Source: the human T2T-CHM13v2.0 reference genome, Homo sapiens. From it: a stretch of 64,000 bases of DNA. The stretch is from assembly GCF_009914755.1 (NCBI RefSeq), contig NC_060929.1; one strand, given 5' to 3'. Below are positions 32,449 through 45,519 of this stretch, piece after piece; positions within the stretch are counted from its first letter, which is position 1; each line of letters opens with the position of its first letter. Below the pieces are notes generated by a model. It searched no databases, was not told the origin of the DNA, and saw only the letters and a program-made list of their open reading frames with translations. The position numbers and the translations under genes are program-made.

Positions 32449-34682
32449 CAGTAGAGAATCTGGTGTTTACAAACTGGTTGGAGGTTCTATGGTGACTTAG
32501 CATATTTTTTCAAGGGATGCCAAGTTGCTCTGAAAAGTTTTCTCTGTAATGCACCAGGCTCCTCAATAATCCACCAGGTCCAGTTATTCAACTCAGTGGC
32601 AAACCTGGCCTGCATTGCCCTATCCAGCAAGCCTCATGGAATGAGAGAAGGGACCAGACGTTCTCTGTTCGTACCTGGTAGCACTTTGGAATCATTGTTC
32701 AAGAAGAATGATTATAGTACAGCTTCAGTCTCATTTTCCCCACTGTGCAGTGTCCCATGCTGAGCTCCTCCAAACATCGGTCCCTCCTGGAAGAACAGTC
32801 TTTACAAGGAGCATCCTTTCACTTTTGAAAGAGGAGAATCACAGGAGAGAAATCCAAGGAGAATGACAGGAGGGAAATTATCCAGACTACATGGGAAATA
32901 TACTCTGGGTGAGAACATTTCAGTGCTGAGGGTGGGTGCCCCAATCTATACCCACCCAGAGGGAACCTGGGGATATCTGACATGCATATGTGCCACACAC
33001 AAACAGACACATGCCCAGGGGAAAACAAGCAGGAAGAAACATCAAACTATTAGCCAGAGCTCTCGCTAAGTGATGGGATGATGGGTTATTTTTATTCTTT
33101 TCTTTATACGCTCATGCATTTTCTACAATGAATGTGTAATACTCTTAGGTTTTTAATTATAAAAAAACAACATTTGTCTCTTCTACACTATGATATCCAC
33201 AGAGCCCTAAAAATGACCTATAAACGCCCACAGATTCAGTTAATGAGGTAATCTGGGACAACAGCAGAATCTAGATCTTGAGTCTGGAGGTTCTCAGACA
33301 AGATATGTGGAAACACAAAATATTATTATCAGGCATTCTCTCCCTTATAATTTGGTCTTTCAGAGGAAGTGAAGCACAGAACTGCGAGTCAATTGCCTAC
33401 ACACCTCTGTGCTTGAACTCTGGCATTTAGCAGTACCACCCCTCCCTTCCTCGAGCTTTTGCACTACCCTTCCAGCTTCCCCTGCCGCAGAGGCATGGAG
33501 GACCAGGCTTAGCACTCTAGCCACTCCAAGGACTTAGGCATCCTGCCAAAGAGGGAGAGGACTGAAGGGCAGCAGTCGGTGAGCCAGGGAGCCCCTGAAC
33601 CAAGCCAGTTGTTAAGTAGGCGTGAGAACCCATCAGCTGGAAACACCGAAGGCGGGCAGGCAGGCGGAATGATTCTGGGTGAAGGAACATTGTAAATGTT
33701 GTCACCCAAAATAGAGCTGAGCTGAACTTGGCTCTCAGGCATTGCATGCCTCCTTCCTGCACTCTGTCGGCTCTCTTCGGAGCTCTCGAAAATGTTCCCC
33801 AGGCACCACACCTCCTCCTGCTGCAGCCAGGATTGGCTTGGTCTGCACTATTGCTCTGGAAGCTGAAGGCAGTGGGCAGAGGAGCGGCCATAGATTCCTA
33901 TAGGAACTTCCTAACTGCTCTCCCTAGCTTCAATCCATTCTAATCCATCTCTGTCAACGTCAGATGTGATGGTTTCAATCCCCTCTTCAAAAACGTCAGT
34001 GGCTTCTTACCACCTACAGAATGACATCAAACTGTAACATAGGACTCAACGTCCTTCTCGATCTCTCTGTGACCTACTTTGATAGCCTCGTCTTCTGCCT
34101 TTTCTCCACCCTCACGCCCCATGTTCTAGCTACATCAGACCTCTCAGAGTTCCCTGGATTTTCCAGACCCAGTTCAGAAGAGACCTGTGACACGAAGCCT
34201 GCTGCTGCAGGCCCTGCTACTGGACTCCTCTCCCTCTGATCTCCCATCGGTATCCATACCATTTATTAGCACTTGGCTCATCCAGTCGGGTAGAGCTTGT
34301 TTTCCTTTGTGTCCTCATAACTAGCCTAAAAAAGCTTGAAAGAAGAAATCGTGTATGGCATATTTGTTTGTCCCTAGTACCTACCACGGTGCCCCATACT
34401 TAAGCGTATTTAATACATACCTACAGCTTATGGTAGTGATACCATTAGTTTTTTCACACATGGTTATCTCATTACCCTAACCAAATTATAAGCAATTTGA
34501 AAATACAGATCATGTCTTAATTTATTTTTTATCCTCCAAAACATATAGCATTGTACCTTATATGCCTCAGGAAGCAATTGATAAATATATAGCCCAATTA
34601 TAAAAGCAGATATAATTCATTCTACAAATAATTATTGAGTACCTGCTATTTGCCAAGCACTATTCTAAATACTAGAGATGTG

Positions 34683-34998
<316 letters not shown>

Positions 34999-34999
34999 A

Positions 35000-35312
<313 letters not shown>

Positions 35313-36360
35313 TATTAGAGCTGTGACAGGGGAAAAAAAGACAAAATTTTTTGTCCTCTTGAAGTCTCCAATTCTAGTGGAAAGAGGTAAACATCATTTA
35401 TAAGAAAAGTTGGTAAAATATGATGTCAGATAATGATAAGAGCTGAGGTGAAAAATAAAACAGAGTAGGGTTGGGAGGGTTATGGGGTTGCAATTTTAGA
35501 TAGGATAGCTGGGAAATCCTCCTTGAAAAGGCAGAATTTGAAGGGGTGAAAGAAGTAAGGAAATGAGCCACACGGATTTTTAGGTTAAGCATATTCCAAG
35601 TAGAGTGAACAATAAATACCAAAAGCTGGAGACAGGAACATGTCTGACAGGTTCAGAAAATAACAGTAAGGGCCAAGTCGGAGAAAGCAGGAGAACTGAA
35701 GGGAGAACGTAGGAGCCGGAGTCAGAGAGGTCACAGACCAAAACATGCAAGTGAGCCTTCAGTCATCAACTCTGGGTGAGAAAGAAAGCTCTCTGAGGTT
35801 TACAGCAGGAGAATCACACGAGTTTTTTTTATTTGTCAGTCAGACTGCTGTGTTCAGAATAGACCGAAGAGGGGCAAGGGTGGAAGCAGAGAGACCAATT
35901 TGAAGGCTATTAAAACAACTAGGCAAGAGATAATGGTGTCTTGGACCAAGTGGATAATTGGGGAGGTGATGAGAACTAGTTGGATTCTGGATGTATTCTG
36001 AAGGTAGAATGTACAGGATTTGTAAAAGGATTAGATGTGGAGTGAAAGAAGAGGAGAATCCCAGATGGCTCCAAGATTTTTGACCTGAATAACTGGTCTT
36101 AACATTTTTTGAACTGGGGAAGATTACAAGAGACATCCAGGCAACTTTTTTTCCCATCAACTGACAAATTCTCCTTTTCAGCTACAGTGCCTGGCAACAC
36201 AAGAGGTACTAAATGTGCTTCTTCATAAATTGACCAATATAGATCACTGATCAGAAAAACCATGCTCAAGACAAGCTGCTACTTCATCAGTGGGAGTCCT
36301 GACTAAAGAAATGCAAATAAAACAAGATGTAATTATACAGAGATAGAAAGAGATGAAGAG

Positions 36361-37244
36361 TGTGGTAGTCAGAACAGTGCCCCCCTCCCCCAATATGTTC
36401 ATATCCTAATTTCTGGAACCTGTAAGTATTTTACCTAACAGGGCAAAAAGGAAATTGCAGATGTGATTAAATTAAGGATACTGGATTATGTGAGTGGCCC
36501 ACTGTAATCACAAGTTTCCTTGTAAGAGGGAGGTAGGAGGATTAGAGTCAGAGAGACAGGGGTTGGAAGACACTACACTGCTGGTTTTGAAGGTGGAAAA
36601 TGGAGCCAAGGAATGCAGGTGACCTCTAAGAGTTGGAAAAGGCAAGAAAACAAATTCTCCCATAGAGCCTCCAGAAGGAACACGGTCTTGCCAGCACCTT
36701 GATTTGAGCCCACTAAGACTGATTTTGGATTTCTGACCTCCAGAATTGTAAGATAATGAATCTGGGTTGCTTTAAGCCACTAAATTGTAGCCATTTGTTG
36801 TGGTAATTTTTTCAGCACTGTGGTTAAAAAGGGGAGTTTGTCACTAGAGTAAAAAATTCCCTGGATGCCATCTGTAGTCTTCTCCTAATTCAAAAAACAG
36901 CAAGACCAGTTGTTCAAGTCAAAAATCTTGAAACCATCCTGGATTCCTCCTTTCTTCTCTTACTCCACATCCAATTCTTTCACAAATCCTGTAAGTCCTA
37001 CCTTCAACATACATCCAGAATCAACTTCACATCACCTCCCCAATTAGCTACTTGCCCAAGCCACCATTATCTCTTGCCTAGTTGTTTTAATGGCCTTTAA
37101 ATAAACTAAGTAATTTTCTATGTTTGATAATTATACTGTGGTTCTGTAACATGTTAATATTAGGGAAAGTTGGGTGAGGAGTGTACAGGAACCTTCTGTA
37201 TCATTTTTGCAAATTTTCTGTGAGTGCCAGTAGGAAACTAATAC
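36361..37244 (+). mobile_element. MLT1 (C/D-like) solo LTR split near its 3' end by a roughly 410-bp insertion
   Basis: TGTGGTAGTCAGAA start; LTR body to about 36814; terminal GTAGGAAACTAATACA at 37229-37244. Confidence 0.88.
36815..37102 (-). repeat. Inverted local duplicate of 35898-36190
   Basis: Reverse complement aligns along its whole length; exact 30-mer 37062-37091 is the reverse complement of 35909-35938. Confidence 0.9.
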
Positions 37245-37349
37245 ACACAAGTATGAAATAAACAGATCATATTTTAGAAAGAGCTATTGCTCTTGAGTAA
37301 AGACTTCATCAAGGAATGATATGTCTTATTAAGATTATTCTCTACTCTA

Positions 37350-38085
37350 CCAATACAGTATTCTACAATTAATCAATGTAGAAGGTACTTGGGCAGAGGA
37401 AAACCACCGTCAGGCAAACACCACAAACAACTTTTGCAGATAAGACTTACCAATGGGTGCTAAAATTAGTGGCCAAAGTTGGAAGAGAAAAAGGATCTGC
37501 ACAGTCTCAAAGTATGTCCTCCAAGATATTTTTTAAACTATAAAGGGTAAGATAGTAACTTTACAGTGGAGAAATTCAGCAGATCAACAAGGTTATTGTC
37601 ACCAGTAAGATGCCCTCGGAAAGACACAGCATCATTTCTGAATTAATCTCACCAAAAAGGCATAAGTTCACTTCAATAATGAGAAAATATTAGACAAACT
37701 CAAGCTGAGGTACAGTACATTCTCCAAAATAACTAATCAACACTCTTCAAAAGTGTCAAGATCATGGAAGGCAGGGAAAGACTGAAAAATTATTACAAAT
37801 TAGAAGAGACAAAGGAGGAATAATGACTATATGCAACGTGGGATCCTAGGTAGGCTCATGGAACAGAAAGGACACAAATAGAAAACTTGTGAAATTCAAA
37901 TAAGGCTTATAGTTTAGTTAATAGTATTGTACCAGTGTTAATTCCTAGCTTTGATCATTGTACTATGGTTATGTAAGGTGATAATATTAGGGAAATTGGG
38001 TGAGGTTTGTACAGAAACTCTCTGTACTATTTTTTGCAACTTTTCTGTGAATCTAAAATTAATTCCAAAAAATGTTTAAAAAGAA
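37350..38085 (+). mobile_element. L1MC4-like 3' end
   Basis: CTCTTCAAAAGTGTCAAGATCATG...AAATAAGGCTTATAGTTTAGTTAATAGTATTGTACC...TTTTTGCAACTTTTCTGTGAATCTAAAATT. Confidence 0.85.
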
Positions 38086-40101
38086 AGATTAAGTCTTTAA
38101 ATCTACCATTGATTAAACACCATTCTGTAACTTAACATCTTTCCCTTGGTTTTACCTGTAAAACAAAATGAACCTGACATCTTCTCAGGGGATGTAGAAT
38201 TGGGTGGATTCCCCCACCTCCCCTAAAAAATGTCTATTAGGTCTTGAACTCCCTGGGGCCAAAAGCGAGGATTTGAAAGGGAAAGCCCCAAAGCTTGAAG
38301 TATCTGTCTTCCCATATATAAGAACTCCTCCTGTGAACATCAAAGGACCTGATAATAGGTCTGACATTGCCATTAATGACACCTATCAGTTCACCAGAGA
38401 CCTCTACTCTCAGTTCCACTGCCAGAGAAAGGTGGTCACGGACTAGAAGCTGGTGCTTCCCCATACTCTCACGCCTCAGCAGCGTGGCAAAACCAACACT
38501 GATCCTCCTCCCCAGCACTATGAACATAGACTGGTCATGCTTCTACTCACAGCACTATGCTTCTGTCTGACAGTGTCTGCCTCCACAAGAAGGAAGCAAG
38601 CTTTTGGTCTCACAACCTGTCTCTCTAGCTGCATCACTGCCAGCCTCTGTATACTTTCCAATCCCCACAGTGAATATATTCTTGGACAGAGACAGCCATG
38701 GCAAGAGTGCTCGTGGTCGTCAAATTTTCTGCAGGGCCGTCAAAATCATGTCCAGAACTGCATGGAGCCAATACCTCAGCTACCACATGTCCACTTTGTT
38801 GCCCAGTCTAGCCCCAGCTCCTCAGGCATCTCAAGCTCATGTCTAAGCTCATGTCAAGATGAGAGATTACACTTTCAGCATGGCTCTTTTGCCAAGAGTG
38901 CCTAGAATGCATCCTGGAGCTTGGGGAAATGCATAGGAGGGGGTAGGGTTCAGGGGAGGGTGCAGGGAGGGATGCACTGGCACTAGCAATAGCTCCTTCT
39001 AGCTAACTCCACCTCACGTGTGATCCTCTAAGCCTTCTACAAAGGCCACTGGATTCCTACTCTAGAAAACTAGATACCAAAGACGTCTAGGTCAAAGGCT
39101 CTGAAAATCAGTGCTTCTGTCAGAAGACCAGTTAGAAAGGGGCCATTAGCACATGTTGCCCCATTCCTGGGGCAAAAGAAAGCATTAACTCATGGCTTGA
39201 CCTGCTGAGGGTCTTCCAGTCTTGGGTCTCATTTCTGTCAATAATACTAAAATGTGCTGTCTGTCACTCACTGTGATCAGTACATGTTCTGCCCAGCTGT
39301 AACATGAAAGCAGACCACCACTGTGCTTTGTAGGGCTCTTGTGCAGTATTATAAACAAAATGGAGATTGTTCAGCTTCGGTAGAAGCCTGAGCTATCAAA
39401 GAAAGCTTTTAAGTACAGATTGCCCCAATTTGGCTCTCTCCTACACTGCTGATGTCAAATGGCGTAACCATTCTGGAGGGCAACTTGATAACATGTATCA
39501 AAAGCCTTAAAAATGTTCTTATCCTTTCACCCCAAAATTCCACTTCGAGGAATTAACCTAAGGATATCAGAGATGCACACAAAGATTAATGTACAAAGTT
39601 GTCATTCAGTATTATCTCTAGTAGTCTGAAAATTGGTTATAATAATGTTCTACAACTGGAAGTTATTAAATAAATATGGAGCATTCATAAGATTGTCTAA
39701 TATGCATCCATTAAAAATCATATTTTCTAAGAACGGTTTGCCGTGTATTAAGATATGATCCTGATTTGGTGTGTGAGTATGGTGGAAGAGAAGAGAGACA
39801 TGCCAGGAAAAGATGCAAGAAGAAAATACACCTTAAAACTTATTATCTCTAGGTGGTTGAGATGCCAACAGATCCTTTAAATTTTTCTTCTTTTATACTT
39901 CTCTGTTTCTTCTATATTTTCTCCAACAAACATGTTACTTTTCAAACAAGGAAAATTCATAGTCCCCATTATAGAGAGGCTCATTAACCTGCCCTAGGGT
40001 CTTCCGTGAGTCAGAAGTGAAATCAAAAATAAAGACCATGGTTCTCAAAAGCCTAGTTCATCACACAAGCTGCCTACATGTGTGCTGTGGTAACTCTAGA
40101 A

Positions 40102-40315
40102 TAGTGGTCCTTAACTGGGGTGATTTTGCCCCACAGGGACGATTTCCATGTTTAGAGACATTTTTGTTTGTGGTAACGGGGGAAGGTGGATGCTACTGGC
40201 ATCTAGTGGAGGGGCCAAGGATGCTACTAAATATCCTACAATGCCCAAGATAGTACCCCATAACAAAGAATCATTTGGCTCAAAATGCTAATAGTGCCAT
40301 TGTTGAGTAACTCTG
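40102..40315 (+). mobile_element. MER20 hAT MITE
   Basis: GGGGTGATTTTGCCCC, GCTACTGGCATCTAGTGG; 8-bp TSD CTCTAGAA (40094-40101) / CTCTAGGA (40316-40323). Confidence 0.93.
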
Positions 40316-41884
40316 CTCTAGGAGAAGGAAACTGGACTTTGAAAAAGCTCAGGTGGCTCAAAGATACAGGAACCTCCAATCTGCTTCACATCCTGTGCGA
40401 GCTGTAGTGCCTTCTGCTTCAAACAGGCAGTTAACAGACCCCAGGGGATAAAGCATTGAGGACTTTATTACTTATATTAAGCAGCCTTCAGCTTCCAATT
40501 GGAGAAAAAGAAATTGCTCATTTCACTCCAGAGCCATAACAGACACAAGCAGAACACAGCTTAGGATCAAGAGCTCAGAAAGAGGAGATCAGCCAGGAGC
40601 TGGAGGTGGCAGGTGGGGAGTGTGTACCGACAGGCAACACCAGCTGGACTCAGGAGCCGGAGGCCTGTCTGTACATTCTCCTTCTGCATCTTCACCTCCA
40701 GCACCCTACTAGTCCTGGGTGACAATTTTAGACTTCACTTCCAAGTATCTTTAGGGTAGGAGAAAAAGGAAGAGCTCCACCCAACCCCTGAGAAAGATTC
40801 TTTCTGCTTTTGGAAACTCTCTTCCATCAAAGAGGGTCACTTGCTTGGACTTATCCAGGGGTTTCAAGGGAAGACAGATATTATGCCAGCATTTCATTTT
40901 CCCTGTGACCTTGGGCCCAATTTAGCAACTCATAGGACTCAAGTGCTGGAAAGAACCTTGGCCCAAACCTTGTCCCTTAACAGATCAGGAAACCAAGTCC
41001 CAGGGAAGCCAAGGATCAGGCCCAACTCACACAGCTATGGCGAAGCCGATACCTGAACCCGGATCTTCCATTCTCTCTATTCCTTACAGCATCTCAGTCA
41101 CCAGGAAGTCTGATACTGTGAGACCCACAGCCGCCAGTCCTATAGTAGGAAGCTGTCACTCTCTAGTGTCATTTCACATGAGAACAGATGTGGGGAGCAC
41201 CACACAGGAATGTGTTCCCATGGGCAGCCTGACATCTACATGTCCCATTTTGCTGCAGCCACTGAGGGTAAGTGCAGAGTCTATGCAGAAGATGCATGGG
41301 GAAATCAAAGATCTATTCCACAGCAGATGTGAAGCTCTAGTGTTGCTACTACCACATCCTTCGAGTAGCCTAGTAAACCTTATTTCAGCCAAACAAAAGG
41401 GCTCTTGTTCCACTAGGGCTATCGCTGGCCCCTTTTACTGGATAGCTGACCACACAACTGTTTGCTGCATTTATTCAACAAATATTTATTGAGCACCTAT
41501 TATGTGCCAGAAACTGAACTAGGTAATGGTCATTTGGGTCTGACCTACTCTCTCTAAGGTCTAGTCCTATTATAGGCCCACTTCTGGGATTGCTTAGAGA
41601 TCCCTTACTCCTTACTAAACCAAGTTTCCCTACAGTGAGCTCATCTTTACCTGAGCTAGCTTGGGAGATTCTAACTTTGGCTTGTGACCAAAAGAGAAAA
41701 ACTAAAACCAAATGAAATGTATATACACTACAGTGAATTCCAGACGGGTCAGCATTAAATGCCAACTTAAAACCTAGAATATAAGAGAATGCTTATTTAT
41801 CCCTCTCAGTCGGGGAGAAATAACTGACAAATGATATGACCAGAGACTCAACTGGTGAGTTCAAAAAAATAAATGCATGAAACA

Positions 41885-42125
41885 AGGAGGTATAGTACTA
41901 TGGTTAGGATATAGGCTCAGAAATCAGACAGGCATGTCTCTGCTACTTACTGTGTGGTCTTGAGCAAGTTACTTAACCTCTCTGTGTCTCAGTTCCCCAT
42001 ATGAAAAATGGGATAATAGCAATAGAACCAACCTCCCAGGGTTGTTGCAAGGACTGAGTGAGAGACAAAACAATTACACAGCAAAACAATGACATAGCAC
42101 TAGTGCATATTCAGTAACCATTATT
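41885..42125 (+). mobile_element. MIR
   Basis: GCTACTTACTGTGTGGTCTTGAGCAAGTTACTTAACCTCTCTGTGTCTCAGTT. Confidence 0.85.
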
Positions 42126-42536
42126 TCTGGCACTTAGGAGTCATTTAGCACTCATCCTCCAATCTGATCCTATGCTTTCCCTAAAAGATCCTGGCAAAAT
42201 GGCACCACAAACTTCCCTGAGCTGCATCATCAATAAAGTAGAAGCTCAGCATACTGTGAAGATTCATTGCTTTTCAAAGCCCCACAGAAGAAATCAGCAG
42301 CATCTCAGATTGTGGCTGCCTCTGCTGCTGCTGCAGAGCTGGACACATGGAATCTCTCACTGTCTTGCCTCCAGTTGAAAGAGGCCTCAGAGTCAGTGTC
42401 CTAAATCTAAGAACCAGATCTCTTCTTACCCAGAGCTAAGCAGACAGCTTTTCAAGAGTGGGCCTTTATACTCTATGTTACCCATAATATTCTAAATGGG
42501 ATTCTACATACAGGAGGCACTTTAAAAAATGCTTTG

Positions 42537-43728
<1,192 letters not shown>

Positions 43729-44433
43729 AGGACAGAAAATATGCTTTGAACTAAATACTTCTTTATTGTCCGTGAATAGAACTAGGAATGTGTACCTTAA
43801 GGTCACAGGTGAAGGTGACATATGCCAGGACTGAGTCCCCCTCCCATCCACAAGGGACAGTGTCTTCCTCATGCTGTATTGGGTACTTTAGTTATAGCCA
43901 GAACCCTCAGTGATCCAGGTGAAGAACTTGGAAAGCATCGGACACATCCGTGCTCCCCCACAGGCTCTCTAAGACTTGTTAACAGTTGTTTAAACATTCT
44001 TTGAATCTGGCCCCCCTTCATAAGGCCTACTGCCTTGCCTTGGTGCAGGCCCTGGTCATCTCTCCACTGGCAGTTTTTAGATTCCAGCTATAGAGGGTTC
44101 TCCTGGCTCCCTCCCACTACTGTTTGTCCTGCATACAGCTGTCAGAGACCAAAAACTAAACAGGTCGCTTTCTTATATAAGCCTTCAGGTGATCTTATCT
44201 TGTTACAAAGAGTAAAGACTAAACTTCTCAGCATAGCCTACAAGACTTTTAACAATCTGGCCACAGCCTATCTTATATCTTGCAATAGCATCTTTTGCCA
44301 CTTTGGACACATAGTACATTTGGTGCCCTCAGGTTACTTCCTATGTTATAGCCTCTTCCTTAAAACTCTGTGTCAACTTTCTCTAAGTGGTTCCTCATCC
44401 CTGCCTGATAACTCCTTAATCTTCCTTCGGGAT

Positions 44434-44970
44434 TATGGTAGGCAGCCTCTGAGATGGACTCCAGTGATCTTATCGCCTAGTACTCCTGCCCCTGTGCAAT
44501 ACTTTCCCTGAGTGTGGGCTGGACCTACTGACTCACTTAGAATAAATAGAATATGACAAAAGTGATGGGAGGTCAGTTCTGTGGTTGGGTTACTACAAAT
44601 AGACTGTGACCTCCCTCCTCCCACCCTTTCTCTCTCTCTCTCCCTCACCTGCTCTGAGAGAAGTCAGCTGCCATATCATGAACTGCCCTACAGTGAGATC
44701 CATGTGGCAGGGAACTGATGCCTCTGGCCAACAGCCATCGAGGACCTGAAGCCTGCCAATGGCCACATGAATGAGTCTGAAAGACCACTGTTGAGCCTGA
44801 GATGACTGCATCCCTGGCTGACACCTTATTTGTAGCCTTGTGAAAGTCCCTAGACTGGAGGACTCACATCTGGATTTCTGACTGATAGAAACTATGAGAA
44901 AATAAATGTTTGTTGTTTTAACCCACTACATTTTGGGGTAATTTGTTGTGCAGCCACAAATAACTAATAA
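44434..44970 (+). mobile_element. MLT1 (E/F-like) solo LTR
   Basis: TATGGTAGGCAGCCTCTGAGATGG...GAGAAAATAAATGTTTGTTGTTTTAA...TAACTAATA. Confidence 0.9.
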
Positions 44971-45519
44971 GAGGACCCAACTCAAAAATCATTAATCTAT
45001 TAAACATTTCTTAATACTTTCTTCTCCCCTAGTCCATCTATACCTCTCCCATTGCACATGGGATGAATTCATACTACTTAATACAGCCCCCAAGGCCCTA
45101 CATGATGATCCAATTCAGCTCACCTTCCCAAACTTCTCTTGCACCACTGCCCATGGCACCTGGGGCAATGAATCTCCTTTCAGTTACTTCAGTGTGCCCC
45201 AGTCTCATCTTTATCCCTTTGCACATACCGTTCCCCCTTTCTAAAGTACTTTTCCCTGTCTTTTTACCTCATTAACTTTGACTTGTTCTTCAAAATCCCA
45301 ACTCAAATCTCTTTCCTCCAGAAAGATTCTTCAATCCCAAGGCGGGGTTTAGGTATCCTTCACTTGTGCTCCCCCTTACCTTGTACTTTTCCAATCACAG
45401 CAATTATGCCATCATGCCAAATGCTTCTGACTTGCTTATCTTCTGGGCTGGATTGTAAGCTCTTTGAGGGCAGGGCACACATCTGTCATTCACTATATAC
45501 ACAAAGTAATCCTGTCTTA

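Noticed and set aside
38185-38905. Several overlapping ORFs in unique DNA, considered as a processed pseudogene or exon
   Set aside because: No recognisable protein, no A tail/TSD and no convincing splice pair; tBLASTx would be needed to revisit.
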